Source of the DNA: an uncultured archaeon
GTDB taxonomy: Archaea; Thermoproteota; Bathyarchaeia; Bathyarchaeales; Bathycorpusculaceae
Direction: 5' to 3'
Length of the DNA: 64,000 nt
Assembly: GCA_963782915.1 (NCBI GenBank)
Contig: CAWALK010000012.1
Span: 192,001 to 256,000 of the forward strand
Position numbers and translations under genes: made by a program. Under the pieces are notes generated by a model, which worked only from the letters and a program-made list of their open reading frames with translations, did not search any database and was not told where the DNA came from. Shown one piece after another: positions 50,877 through 61,690 of this stretch. The first letter of the stretch is position 1. Each line of letters starts with the position of its first letter.

Positions 50877-53162
50877 TTAAACAGTAAATCTAACTATGAA
50901 CTTTGTACCCTTTCCTTCCTCACTTTCAAACGTAACTGTTCCACCCATAGCTTCAGTCATACGTTTAACCACGGCTAAACCGAAGCCTTGTCCCGTCGAT
51001 TTGGTGGTCATTAAAGGCATGAAGAGTTTAGCTTGGACCTCTTTTGGTATGCCTTCGCCTGTATCTTGGATTGATATTTCTGTTTGGCCTGCACTGTTGG
51101 TTGCTGTTATTGTTAGATTTCCACCGTTAGGCATAGCTTGTACCGCGTTTTGAGTTAAATTGACGAGTATGCGCTTTATCATCGTAGAATCAGCGATTAG
51201 CAATGGAAGGTTACCTGAGGTTTTCAGGTTTACTTCTACTTTGTCTGAAATAGTTACCATCGCTAAGGCGTTTTTTATTATCTGTTCGACATCTATTTGT
51301 TCTTTTTTAGGGTTTAAGGGTCTGGCAAAATCTTGTAAGTCTGCAACTATTTTGTTTATGTAGAGTAGGTTTTCTTCTATGCTTTGGATGTTTTCTTGAA
51401 GCGGTAGTTTACTTTCGTCATCGGAAAGTGAGTTAATTTTCTTTTTGGTTAGGTAAAGATGATTGGTTATCGCCTGCAATGGGTTTCTTATGTCGTGACC
51501 CACCATGCCTGCCGTTGCTCCAATTGCTGATAGCCGTTCTGCATCTTTGAGTTGTCTTGTTCTCTCTTCCGCTAATTGCTCCATTTGAGATGCATATTCT
51601 TCAACTTCAATAGCTTTCTTTTCTAACTTATTCTGCAGTTCCTTCTGAGTGTTAAGAGCTTTAGCAAGCTTTAGATTGGCATGGCTAATTTTTGAAATTT
51701 TATCTGATAATTTAGAGTAGAATTGCATGAGGGTTTCTGTTTGAATCCGGTTATATTTTGGAATACGTTCAAAGGCTGCCAAATAGGCGATTTTATCAAA
51801 ACCGTATTTTTCTGCTTGAGTTTCAAACAGCTTCCGATCTGGGACTTCATCATCAAAAAAGAATTGCCCGAAGAACACGTTGCCTACATGTTTATCTCCT
51901 ATGAAAAGCGGTGTAACGACATCCCACATATTATTTTTGCATTTATAGAAGCGCACTTGACCCTTCTCTAACCCGCTTGAGAGTTCAAGGTCACTTTCTT
52001 TGCAGTTTTTACATGTCTGTGGGTTAGTTCGATGGAATTTGAAGCAAATATCTTGCCAGCCTGTACCCACCAGGACATTACCTTTAAGGTCTATGAGTGC
52101 AAAACCCATGTTTGTAACTGTATAGAGGTAATCCATCGTTGCCTGTAGGGATGGTACGTCAATTATGTTGGCTAAGTCTTTTTCTCCCAGTTCAATTTCG
52201 GGGCAAAGTACCGAATCAAGTTTTAGCTGTAGGCGCTCTTCGCTTTCATGCAGCGATTGTTCAACGTTTTTACGTCGAGTTACGTCTTCAAATATACCTG
52301 CAAAATAGCCTTTCTTGGGGCTGTATACCGTAATAGATAACCAAACGCCTAGTTGCTTAAAGAAAAGCTCGGATTTCTCCCCTAATCCAGTTTGGGCAAT
52401 CTTCCCAAGTTTGTCTAATAATTGTGAACCAGCCATCTTTAATTCAGGCATTAATTCAGTTGCTTTCTTCCCAATCAAAGCCTCTTTCTTTACACCCATA
52501 ATTCGCTCGAAGGCTTCGTTAACTTCTAAACAAACGAAATCACAGGGTTTCTCTTCCTCATCGAAAATTGTTTGGCAATAAACAAATCCATTTAGCATGT
52601 TGGCAAATAGAGAGTGGTATTTCTCTTTGGACTCACGCAATTCGCTCTCGGCGAGTCGCTGTTGAAGAATTTTGTTAAGTTCACTCGCAATGACTTCCAG
52701 CTGGACAATATCCTCTTCCGAGTAGGGGGTTTTTTTGTTGCCAACGCCGAAAATGTTGCCGACTTTACCCTGCTCAAGCATGGGGATGCTCAACATTCGT
52801 TTAATCGGGACATGGCCTTCTGGTAAGCCTTTCTGATTTGGGCTTGCCGCGAAGTCGTTATATATGATTGGCTTTTTTAGGCGGACGCAATCTGCCCAGT
52901 TCCCTGCTTTTTCAATGGGGTAATGGGTGGAATAATTTGCAGTGCAATTCTTGAGTGCTTGCTTATTCCAAGTGGTCAATACTATGGTTTTTTCATCTTT
53001 GCCGACGAAATGGAAAAAGCCAATTTGGCTCTTGGTTAATTTGACGGCGAGGTCAAGGAAGTATTCATAGAGGTCGTTTTCATAGAGGCTTTGGGCTTTT
53101 CGGTATAATTCAAGAAGAAATCTGCCCTGATCCTTCGTATCCTCACCCTTAGCTTCTGCCAA
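50877..53162 (-). CDS. Cytoplasmic sensor histidine kinase (GAF-PAS-PocR-HisKA-HATPase)
   Basis: GNK..PY GAF; PAS; WQDICFKFHR..C..SD..YKCKNN PocR; HDIRNPL; DTGEG; GQGFGL. Confidence 0.9.
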   Translation of the reverse strand: MAEAKGEDTKDQGRFLLELYRKAQSLYENDLYEYFLDLAVKLTKSQIGFFHFVGKDEKTIVLTTWNKQALKNCTANYSTHYPIEKAGNWADCVRLKKPIIYNDFAASPNQKGLPEGHVPIKRMLSIPMLEQGKVGNIFGVGNKKTPYSEEDIVQLEVIASELNKILQQRLAESELRESKEKYHSLFANMLNGFVYCQTIFDEEEKPCDFVCLEVNEAFERIMGVKKEALIGKKATELMPELKMAGSQLLDKLGKIAQTGLGEKSELFFKQLGVWLSITVYSPKKGYFAGIFEDVTRRKNVEQSLHESEERLQLKLDSVLCPEIELGEKDLANIIDVPSLQATMDYLYTVTNMGFALIDLKGNVLVGTGWQDICFKFHRTNPQTCKNCKESDLELSSGLEKGQVRFYKCKNNMWDVVTPLFIGDKHVGNVFFGQFFFDDEVPDRKLFETQAEKYGFDKIAYLAAFERIPKYNRIQTETLMQFYSKLSDKISKISHANLKLAKALNTQKELQNKLEKKAIEVEEYASQMEQLAEERTRQLKDAERLSAIGATAGMVGHDIRNPLQAITNHLYLTKKKINSLSDDESKLPLQENIQSIEENLLYINKIVADLQDFARPLNPKKEQIDVEQIIKNALAMVTISDKVEVNLKTSGNLPLLIADSTMIKRILVNLTQNAVQAMPNGGNLTITATNSAGQTEISIQDTGEGIPKEVQAKLFMPLMTTKSTGQGFGLAVVKRMTEAMGGTVTFESEEGKGTKFIVRFTV

Positions 53163-53322
53163 AGTTCCCTCTCTCTTCTAAGTATTCAGTTATTGAATAA
53201 AAAAAGTCTGCTTTCGCCCTATATATTCTAACGTATGTCTGGGAATAAACCAACCTTGGATTTTAGGAATATCCCTGACAGATCTTATGGTTAAGATAGG
53301 TTGCCTTGTAAAATTGGTCTAG

Positions 53323-54090
53323 TTAATACTCTTGCAGTAGTTTATCAAAGAAGGCTTTTGTTTTAGCGATGTCTTCCATGGGTGTGCCGTGTTTTAGTTC
53401 CAGCGTTATTGGTCCCTCGTAACCGCACCCATGTAGTGTTGTGAGGAAATGGGTTAACTCGGGCGCTTTCTCCATGAATGGTTGATGGGATTTGTTTGCC
53501 ATATGCACGTTGCAGACCCGCTTGCCATATTTATCCAGAAGTTCATCCATCACTTTAGTTTCTAAGGCATGGCATAAATCAAAGGTAATTCCCATCTCGC
53601 CCTCTGGGTCAATAACGCCGAATACCTCTTCTAGCTGCTCAACGTTCTTGCCAAAACCCGTCGAGTTAAACGACAGATTCTCCAGTGACAGCTTGATGCC
53701 CAGTTTTTTGGCGAAGGGTTTGATTTCCCCAAAAACTTCAGCTAAACACTCCTCCCTGACCTGTCTTGGCAACTGTTTGGAAACGTTCGAATGCACAGTC
53801 ATCAATTGGGCATGCAATGCTCGGGCGCATTCAAGCGAGATTTTGCCATAATAAACCGCCTGATGCACCTCAATCGGGTCCTTAACATGCAAAACCGCGG
53901 AGTGCAGTGTTAAACAGTTCAAGCCTGAAGCCGCCAACGCCTTCTGCTCGCGGTAAACGTCGGTGTCATGCTCTTTTTTGATGGATTTCATGTTGAATTC
54001 GATGTCATGAAACCCAAGCTGTTTAGCGGCAGCAAAGTTCTCGTTTATGCGTAGCTTGCTAAAGATTCCGTTGGATAAACTTAACCTCAT
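53323..54090 (-). CDS. Sugar phosphate isomerase/epimerase (AP endonuclease 2-like TIM barrel)
   Basis: LSLEN; FDLCHA; NVHM; GPITLE. Confidence 0.85.
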   Translation of the reverse strand: MRLSLSNGIFSKLRINENFAAAKQLGFHDIEFNMKSIKKEHDTDVYREQKALAASGLNCLTLHSAVLHVKDPIEVHQAVYYGKISLECARALHAQLMTVHSNVSKQLPRQVREECLAEVFGEIKPFAKKLGIKLSLENLSFNSTGFGKNVEQLEEVFGVIDPEGEMGITFDLCHALETKVMDELLDKYGKRVCNVHMANKSHQPFMEKAPELTHFLTTLHGCGYEGPITLELKHGTPMEDIAKTKAFFDKLLQEY

Positions 54091-54545
54091 TTCGTCACTA
54101 CCTTCTCAAAACAGATAAGGCTCAATTTGCCAGAAACCGCCTCTGTCTTAAACGCCCTATAACCCTCTTTTTCGTACAAATGGATATTTTTAGCGCTCTT
54201 GATTCCAGTGAAAAGCTCAAAGCGTTTACAAGAGGCACATTTGCGTTCAATTTCGGAGAGCAGCTTTTTTCCGATGCCCTGATTCTGAAATTTGGGGTCA
54301 ACAACTAATCTGCCGATATGACAGGTTCCATTGTTCAAAGATGCCCTGACTGACCCAACGATTTTGCCATCGACTGTGGCTTTGAGAAAAATGTGGTTCT
54401 TGAAAAGTTGTTTTAACTCTTCTATGGTTTCTGTGAGCGGAGGAATCTCGAAGTCGTTGTATGCTTTTGCTTCGCTTTGGAATGCTTCTTTTTGAAGCAG
54501 CAGTATTTCCGCTGCGTCATTGATGTCTGCGGTTTCAATCTGCAA
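54087..54545 (-). CDS. GNAT acetyltransferase
   Basis: LVVDPKFQNQGIGKKLL; NIHLYEKEGY. Confidence 0.9.
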   Translation of the reverse strand: MQIETADINDAAEILLLQKEAFQSEAKAYNDFEIPPLTETIEELKQLFKNHIFLKATVDGKIVGSVRASLNNGTCHIGRLVVDPKFQNQGIGKKLLSEIERKCASCKRFELFTGIKSAKNIHLYEKEGYRAFKTEAVSGKLSLICFEKVVTK

Positions 54546-54888
54546 CTCTGTATCCTCTTGCTGTTTATGCTTAATACTTGCTCAATGTAGCTTATGCGTT
54601 TTATGTTGGCTTGCTTTTTTGTTGTTCCCGCAACCTCTTGATATGCGCATCATGGCTGATGTCTTCAGCCGTATCCATCGGCGGCCTAAAACTGCGTTTC
54701 TTTAGGGTTTCCTCCATTTCTTTTTCTTCTTCTTTTGTCATAAGATGGATTCAGGGTCTGTTTAGAATAAGCCTTTGTTGTATCAGAGTGTCTCTACAGA
54801 TATCTTGCAGTCCGGTTTTACCAAACTGGCGATATTTCTAAGAAGAGAACGCTAAACGTTACAATTAAAAAATTATATACTAATTGAG

Positions 54889-55701
54889 TTGTTAAAGAAA
54901 GTACTAATGCTAAATGATTGCAGCCAAGACACCCAAATACTAACACGACTAGGGTTAACTCCTCTTCAGGCTGAAGTATACCTGACTCTTGCCAAAATGG
55001 ATAAAGCAACCATCAGAACCCTTTCTTCAATTTTAAAAATAGATCGAGCAAACATCTACCGAGTATTAACAAGATTACAAGAGCTTGAATTGGTTAAAAA
55101 ATTATTAACTAACCCCAATATTTTCAAGGCCTTACCTGCGATTGAGGGCATCCAGATGTTACTTGACCAGAAAGAGGCAGAAGACCAAAAAATTAAAACT
55201 CAGACTAAAGAACTAATAAAAAAATACAAAAATACTTACCAAAGCGCTGTGGACGAAAAAAACTGCGAGTTCGCTCTAATTCCTCACGGAAAATTCACCA
55301 AGCGAAAAGTAGCTGAAATGATTAGTTCAAACCAAAAAACCCATGAAATTATCATTTATTGGAGTGACTTTGCCTCCGACCAAAACGCAGTTGTTGCTAT
55401 GTGGAAAGAAGTCTTGCTTAAGAATATAAAAATGAGAATTATCGTTTTCTTACAGGAAAACGAAGAGCTACCTGCAAAAATAATTGCCATAAAGAAAAAT
55501 CCTTTGTTTGAAATCAGAAAAACACTATCCACCCCTAAAGCAACATTATCGATAATTGACGGAAAACAAGCACTCATCAGTGTTACGCCAATTATTTTAC
55601 CTGGCGGGAAACCTGGTTTGTGGATTAATAATCCTGGAGTTGTTAGCTTAATCCAAGAATATTTTGAGTCAACATGGCGAAATTCTCAAGATTTGCCGTA
55701 G
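54889..55701 (+). CDS. TrmB-family transcriptional regulator
   Basis: LGLTPLQAEVYLTL..RANIYRVL; C-terminal IIDGKQ PLD-like effector domain. Confidence 0.85.
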   Translation: MLKKVLMLNDCSQDTQILTRLGLTPLQAEVYLTLAKMDKATIRTLSSILKIDRANIYRVLTRLQELELVKKLLTNPNIFKALPAIEGIQMLLDQKEAEDQKIKTQTKELIKKYKNTYQSAVDEKNCEFALIPHGKFTKRKVAEMISSNQKTHEIIIYWSDFASDQNAVVAMWKEVLLKNIKMRIIVFLQENEELPAKIIAIKKNPLFEIRKTLSTPKATLSIIDGKQALISVTPIILPGGKPGLWINNPGVVSLIQEYFESTWRNSQDLP

Positions 55702-55833
55702 CATCCGTCAGGATTCAAGCTATTTTGGTCTCTAGCTAGCCCAATTCAAAGGTTGCTATTGTAGCCTACACACGCCATTGATTAAAAATAAAAAATGCAA
55801 AAGGTAGGCCTATAACCTTAAGGAGAATAAAAA

Positions 55834-58461
55834 TTGAAACAATTTTCTAAAAACAAAACTATTGCAACCTCGATAATCGCAATTCTTCTACTAAGTACCG
55901 CTATAACACTTACTTCTGTACCCACCGCAGGAGCCCATACCCCTGCATGGCAGATACCAACTTTTGCTTTCATCAACGTTTCACCCAACCCTGCTGGAAT
56001 AGGTCAACAAGTAGCCGTCGTAGTCTGGCTTGACAAGATACCTGACGGCGCCTTAATTACAAACAACATCCGTTTCCACAACTTCAAAGTCGTAATCACT
56101 GCGCCAGATGGAACAACTGAAACAGTAAATTGGGAAACCGTTTCTGATACCACATCATCAGCGTATACAGCTTTTACCCCTGACCAAATTGGAACTTATA
56201 CATTCAACTTTACCTTCCCAGGACAAAAATACACCGACTACACATACAGTACAACCTCAGCATACGTAAACGATACATACCTACCCAGTACAGCATCCAC
56301 AACTTTGACAGTACAAGAAGAACCAGCACCAGGCGGAGACATAACACCCCTGCCAACAGAGTACTGGTCAAGACCTATCGAAGGACAAAATGCCAACTGG
56401 TTCCAAATATCTTCAAACTACATCAACCCATTCGGCGCAGCCTACAGCTTCGGCTCAGTACGACTCCAACCAGACGGCACCGCTCCAGATAGCGCACACA
56501 TCATGTGGAGCAAACCAATCACCTTCGGCGGCATCATCGGTGGAAATAACGAAGCCCAATTACCAAACTCACCTACAGCCCCAACAGGCGTTGAAGGTGC
56601 AGCATTCTACACTGGTCTATCATACGAAACAAAATTCAACACACCAATCGTCATCAGCGGCAGACTTTACTACGGATTACCCCACAGCAACAACGGTGCT
56701 GGCGGCGGATTCATCTGTGTCGACTTACGCACAGGCCAACAAATATGGATGCAAAACTACACCGTAAACCCATCATTCGGCGCAATCATAAACACTGAAA
56801 CACCAAACCAACACGGCGCAATATCATACTTAATCGCAACTCAAGGCACCACTTGGATGATGTTTGATCCATGGGACGGAACCTGGGTATTCAACATAAC
56901 TGACGTACCAGCAGGAACCAGAAGTTACGGACCATACGGCGAACCAATCATCTACCAAATCAACCTCGCAAACAAATGGCTAGCCCTATGGAACTTCACA
57001 CAAGTCGTAAGCAACGGTCCAGTAAACCTCTTAGGAGCCAACGGATACCGACCAGTAAATGCCATCTACAACACAACACAACGCCAATCATACTCTTGGA
57101 ACGTAACCCTTCCAACTCTACCTACAACAGGTGCAGGCATAGGATGGGCAATCGATAACGACTTACTGCTAGGCTATGGCAACATGAGATCCAGTTTCGG
57201 TCAACCGACTTGGGGTGGCGTCGCAGAAGGCAGCACTACACAATATGGAACTGTCTGGGCAGTCAGCCTCAAAGATACCTCCAGAGGCACACTCATGTGG
57301 ACCAAAAACATCCAAGTGCCCGCAGGCAACATTACATTACAACTCGGTACAGTGGACCCAACAAACCGTATTTTCTTCGTAAGCACTAAAGAAACAATGC
57401 AGTGGTACGGCTATGACCTTGACACTGGCAACGCTAAATGGGGCCCAGTCGGTAACACACGCTCATTCAACTACTACCCAACCATCGGAAGCGGCGGTGT
57501 TGCACAAATCGGCTATGTCGCATACGGTAAACTCTACGTCGGCGGCTACGGCGGCGAAGTCTTCTGCTATGACACAAAAACAGGCAATGAACTCTGGACT
57601 TACGGTGGCGGCGGCGCAGGCAACAGCACAAACAGCGGAACTGAAACCTCATGGGGACTATACCCAACATTCATCGCATCAATAGCTGATGGAAAAGTCT
57701 ACGTATACAACAACGAACACTCTCCAAACGTACCCCTCTACAGAGACGAAAAAGTACGATGCCTAAACGCTACAACAGGCCAAGAACTTTGGACCCTTGA
57801 CAGCTGGGCTGCAGTAGGCGGCTTCGGCGACTTTGGCTTCCCAACAGCAGACGGACAAATAGCATACCTCAACGCCTACGACATGGAAGTCTACTCCATC
57901 GGCAAAGGACCAAGCGCAATGACCGTCGACGCACCAAAATCAGCGGTTGAACTAGGCAAATCCTTAGTTATCAGCGGTACAGTCACCGATATCTCTGCAG
58001 GCACAAAGCAAGCCGAACAATTAGCACGCTTCCCCAACGGTGTTGCAGCAGTCTCCGACGCAAGCATGGGCAGCTGGATGGAATATGTCTACATGCAAAA
58101 GTCACTCCCAACAAACGTTGTTGGTGTGACTGTCGAACTCAGTGTCGTTGACTCAAACGGAAACTACCGATCCATCGGAACAACAACCGCAGACGCAGAC
58201 GGATTCTTCAGCTATAGCTGGATCCCAGACATCGAAGGTAAATACACAGTCTATGCTTCCTTTGCTGGCAGTAACTCTTACTATCCATCACATGCAGTCA
58301 CAGCTTTCACAGTTGACACAACCGCAGCAGCAACCTCAACACAACAACCAACTCAGGGAACCTCTTTAGCTGATCAGTACATTCTTCCGGGAATCATCGC
58401 TATCATTGTTGCTATAGTCATTGGCTTTGCAGCTACAATACTGATCCTAAGAAAGAAATAA
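55834..58461 (+). CDS. PQQ-binding-like beta-propeller surface protein (paralog of 7036-9657)
   Basis: VDLRTGQQIW, YDTKTGNELW, LNATTGQELW; SDASMGSWMEYVYMQ; C-terminal TM. Confidence 0.85.
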   Translation: MKQFSKNKTIATSIIAILLLSTAITLTSVPTAGAHTPAWQIPTFAFINVSPNPAGIGQQVAVVVWLDKIPDGALITNNIRFHNFKVVITAPDGTTETVNWETVSDTTSSAYTAFTPDQIGTYTFNFTFPGQKYTDYTYSTTSAYVNDTYLPSTASTTLTVQEEPAPGGDITPLPTEYWSRPIEGQNANWFQISSNYINPFGAAYSFGSVRLQPDGTAPDSAHIMWSKPITFGGIIGGNNEAQLPNSPTAPTGVEGAAFYTGLSYETKFNTPIVISGRLYYGLPHSNNGAGGGFICVDLRTGQQIWMQNYTVNPSFGAIINTETPNQHGAISYLIATQGTTWMMFDPWDGTWVFNITDVPAGTRSYGPYGEPIIYQINLANKWLALWNFTQVVSNGPVNLLGANGYRPVNAIYNTTQRQSYSWNVTLPTLPTTGAGIGWAIDNDLLLGYGNMRSSFGQPTWGGVAEGSTTQYGTVWAVSLKDTSRGTLMWTKNIQVPAGNITLQLGTVDPTNRIFFVSTKETMQWYGYDLDTGNAKWGPVGNTRSFNYYPTIGSGGVAQIGYVAYGKLYVGGYGGEVFCYDTKTGNELWTYGGGGAGNSTNSGTETSWGLYPTFIASIADGKVYVYNNEHSPNVPLYRDEKVRCLNATTGQELWTLDSWAAVGGFGDFGFPTADGQIAYLNAYDMEVYSIGKGPSAMTVDAPKSAVELGKSLVISGTVTDISAGTKQAEQLARFPNGVAAVSDASMGSWMEYVYMQKSLPTNVVGVTVELSVVDSNGNYRSIGTTTADADGFFSYSWIPDIEGKYTVYASFAGSNSYYPSHAVTAFTVDTTAAATSTQQPTQGTSLADQYILPGIIAIIVAIVIGFAATILILRKK

Positions 58462-58836
58462 TAAGCGTAAAAAACCAAATCAACTTTCCCTCCCTTTTTT
58501 AGTTTAAATTAGCGTCTCAAACTGGGGCTGAGTGGGCTTCTGGAAATTTCACGTATCTGCCTGCCCAGGTGTTGCGTGAGATAGCATTTGCATTTGCTCT
58601 TCTCCTAAGTTGATCCAGAGCTCCAGCAAACCCAGCATAAAGTTAGTTTGTTGTTTAGGGCTTTTTTTGTTCGGTTTTATCAGATGAGATTGCTTATAGA
58701 GATGACTGGCGGTCTGGATTTTAGCGGACGAATGTTTTCTGATTGCAATTCTAGTGCCTGGCTGTATTTTGTTGTGCACTGATTCCTTTGCCGTTCACTG
58801 TCCATCAAGCAATTATGGGTTCAACTCTTGGTTTAA

Positions 58837-58877
58837 TCTATATATAGGGGAGGGGGTACCTCGGCAGAGCAACAAAG
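58837..58877 (-). repeat. Dispersed ~40-bp motif, copy E (reverse)
   Basis: Reverse complement ttgttgctctgccgaggtaccccctcccctatatataga is near-identical to 33546-33585. Confidence 0.85.
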
Positions 58878-59165
58878 CCCCCTGCAAACCGTATCTTTTA
58901 GGTCTCTGCCGCAAGCGCATAGCAACCATAAAAGCCGCCTAACAACCGCACAAACCCACCCGTTTCAAACCAACAAACGCCTACCCCCGCTTTGTTCTTA
59001 TCTGCATTCGTGGAGCCTATAAGTAGAGGGGGGATAGACAAAAAATCGCACAAGCTACCATTAAAAAACTGTGCAATCGCAAGGTTTATGGAATAATTTA
59101 AAATAACCCCTCTTGTTTATATCAAGGAAATACAAACAAAACAGGCATAGGGGAACAAGAAAGTC

Positions 59166-59366
59166 ATGAGTGATGAAGGCGATACATTCTGGGTATCCTT
59201 TGCAGAAAGAATCTTCGGTTTAGCTTTAATCGTAATCGGCGCAATAATGCTTTACTTCACAGCTACAACAGCTGAAATCGGCGGATTTGGCGTATTCTTC
59301 GGTGTGCTAAGCGTCATCTTAGTTATCATCGGCGTATTCCTCTTAGTCGTTAAGCCGCCACAATAA
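59166..59366 (+). CDS. Small two-TM protein
   Basis: 66-aa hydrophobic ORF with host-like codon use. Confidence 0.65.
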   Translation: MSDEGDTFWVSFAERIFGLALIVIGAIMLYFTATTAEIGGFGVFFGVLSVILVIIGVFLLVVKPPQ

Positions 59367-59377
59367 ACCCCAAAATT

Positions 59378-59707
59378 TTATTCCCTTCTTTCAACCACAA
59401 TTCTACAGTTAGCAACCAACGCAGCAATCACACCCAACGCTGCAAGCCAAGGCGCAAAAACCACACCCACGACACCGACGGTTGCCGGAATCTCTAACAA
59501 AGTTTTACCTGCCTCATCCTTCACAATCAAACGCGTAACATTCCCTTCATGCAACAGTTGGCCAACACGATCAACCAAATCCTTGCCAGAAACCTTGTAT
59601 TCTTCACTCGTAAACTTCGCCGTCGGAGCACCGCAAACAGGGCAATATTTATCGTCGGCTTTTAACGGTGAACCACATTTAACGCAATAAGGCAAATCAA
59701 ACACCAA
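59378..59707 (-). CDS. DUF4342-domain protein with N-terminal zinc ribbon
   Basis: YCVKCG..CPVCG; HEGNVTRLIVK..LEIP. Confidence 0.85.
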   Translation of the reverse strand: MVFDLPYCVKCGSPLKADDKYCPVCGAPTAKFTSEEYKVSGKDLVDRVGQLLHEGNVTRLIVKDEAGKTLLEIPATVGVVGVVFAPWLAALGVIAALVANCRIVVERRE

Positions 59708-59852
59708 TCAACCAGAAGTCACAGAAGAAATAAAAGCTTTATCAAAACAAGCAAAAGCTACATTAGCCACTTAAAACACAAAATAGAATGAACGTATTTA
59801 TTAACTAACAGTAGATACATTTTCAGCTTAATTATTAGGAGAAATAACCGAG

Positions 59853-61640
59853 ATGCCCACTCGCCAACCAATAGTCTGTGTTCTAGGACATGTAGATGCA
59901 GGCAAAACCAGCCTACTCGATGAACTGCGCAAAACTAACGTTCAACTGCGTGAAGCAGGCGGCATGACCCAGCATATCGGTGCAAGCTTTTTCCCTGTGG
60001 AAACCCTAAAGCAGCTTATTGGACCCTACATGGTTACGTTTAAAACAGGCATCGAAATCCCCGGCTTATTAATCGTTGATACACCCGGCCACGAAGCCTT
60101 CACAAACCTCAGGCGCAGAGGCGGAAGCGTCGCAGACATCGCAATCCTTGTTGTCAACGCCGTACGCGGCTTCGAAGCACAAACCTTCGAATGCATAGAG
60201 ATACTAAAAGCAAAAAAAACACCCTTCATAGTAGCAGTTAACCAAATTGACCGCATCCCCGGCTGGAAAATCCATGACCACGCGCCCTTTCTGCAATCGT
60301 ATAATGCTCAATCGAGCTTTGTACAAGAAGAACTAAACAACAGCCTCTACCGTGTTATGGGCGAATTCAGCCGTCTCCAATTTAAAACAGACCGATTCGA
60401 CCACATTAAAGATTTCACCCAAAACATCGCTTTGGTGCCAACCAGCGCCAAAACCGGCGAAGGCTTATCCGAATTAGTTATGGTTTTGGTTGGGTTAACG
60501 CAGCAGTTCCTCAAAAAACGCTTGCAAACCACCGATACCGCAGCAAAAGGCTCCATCCTCGAAGTAAAAGAGGAACCCGGTTTAGGAGTCACCTTAAACA
60601 CAATCGTTTACGACGGCACACTACACAGAGACGATTTAGTCGTGGTAGGCGGCAAAGACGGCCCCATCTCCGCACGAGTCCGCACTATTCTTGTACCCAA
60701 ACCGCTGGATGAGATGCGTGATCCCCGGGACAAATTCACAAGCGTCGATGTTGTTTACGCGAGTGCAGGAGTAAAAATCGTTGCACCCGGCTTAGAAACA
60801 GCGTTGGCCGGAGCACCATTACTGGCAGTGCCACAGGGTGAAGATGTAAACAAATACTGCAAACAGATCACAGAAGAAATCGGCAGAATCCGAATCACCA
60901 AAGAAATCGACGGCGTCATCGCCAAAGCAGACACGCTGGGTTCTTTGGAAGCTATGGCTGAAATCCTCAAAGCCAACAACGTGCAGGTCCGCATAGCCGA
61001 CATCGGCGACATAAGCAAACGCGACGTAATCGAAGCATCCGTCGTAAAACAACGCCAACCCCTCGTCGGCGCAATCTTAGCATTCGGCGTTAAAACTTTG
61101 CCTGACGCAGAAACAGAAGCAGAAAATAGCGGCGTTAAAATCTTCAAAGACCCAATCATTTACAACTTAATCGACAACTACCTAGAATGGGTAAAGACTA
61201 AGCGTGAGGCTAAAAGCGAAGAAGAATTCGATGCCCTCATTAAACCCGGCAAAGTCCAGGTTTTGCCTAACTGTATTTTCCGCCGAGCCAAACCCTTAGT
61301 TGTCGGCGTAGCAATTCAGGGTGGACGATTGAAACCGAAGGTGTCGCTTATCCGTGCAGAAGACGGCTCAGACCTTGGTGAGATCGAGCAGATTCAGGAT
61401 AAAGGTAAAGCAATCGGCGAAGCCAAAGTCGGCATGGAAGTCGCGATTTCCATGGATAAACCCATCGCCGGCAGGCACATCTTTGAACGCGATGTCCTAT
61501 TTGTAAAAGTTCCCGAGAAAGATGCCAAGATACTCTTGACAACTCATCTGGATGATTTGACCTCCGCGGAAGTGGATGTGCTAAAAGAGTACGTTAACAT
61601 GATGCGTAAAAAGATTCCCTTCTGGGCAGGCGTCATGTAA
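59853..61640 (+). CDS. infB: Translation initiation factor IF-2 (aIF5B)
   Basis: RQPIVCVLGHVDAGKT; EAGGMTQHIGA; DTPGHEAFTNLRRRG. Confidence 0.97.
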   Translation: MPTRQPIVCVLGHVDAGKTSLLDELRKTNVQLREAGGMTQHIGASFFPVETLKQLIGPYMVTFKTGIEIPGLLIVDTPGHEAFTNLRRRGGSVADIAILVVNAVRGFEAQTFECIEILKAKKTPFIVAVNQIDRIPGWKIHDHAPFLQSYNAQSSFVQEELNNSLYRVMGEFSRLQFKTDRFDHIKDFTQNIALVPTSAKTGEGLSELVMVLVGLTQQFLKKRLQTTDTAAKGSILEVKEEPGLGVTLNTIVYDGTLHRDDLVVVGGKDGPISARVRTILVPKPLDEMRDPRDKFTSVDVVYASAGVKIVAPGLETALAGAPLLAVPQGEDVNKYCKQITEEIGRIRITKEIDGVIAKADTLGSLEAMAEILKANNVQVRIADIGDISKRDVIEASVVKQRQPLVGAILAFGVKTLPDAETEAENSGVKIFKDPIIYNLIDNYLEWVKTKREAKSEEEFDALIKPGKVQVLPNCIFRRAKPLVVGVAIQGGRLKPKVSLIRAEDGSDLGEIEQIQDKGKAIGEAKVGMEVAISMDKPIAGRHIFERDVLFVKVPEKDAKILLTTHLDDLTSAEVDVLKEYVNMMRKKIPFWAGVM

Positions 61641-61653
61641 GCGCAAGAGTTCC

Positions 61654-61690
61654 TTTTGCTCTCTGCGACCTACCCCCCTCTATATATAGG
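61654..61690 (+). repeat. Dispersed ~40-bp motif, copy F
   Basis: ttttgctctctgcgacctacccccctctatatatagg, just after the infB stop. Confidence 0.65.

Noticed and set aside
54583-54741. Possible small minus-strand ORF MTKEEEKEMEETLRNAVLG...
   Set aside because: Plausible, but the frame is ambiguous and no family is recognisable
33546-58877. 25-kb transposon or casposon bounded by terminal inverted repeats
   Set aside because: The interior holds core genes (eno, rps2, mvk, acnX) and no transposase, Cas1 or polymerase; no target-site duplication seen
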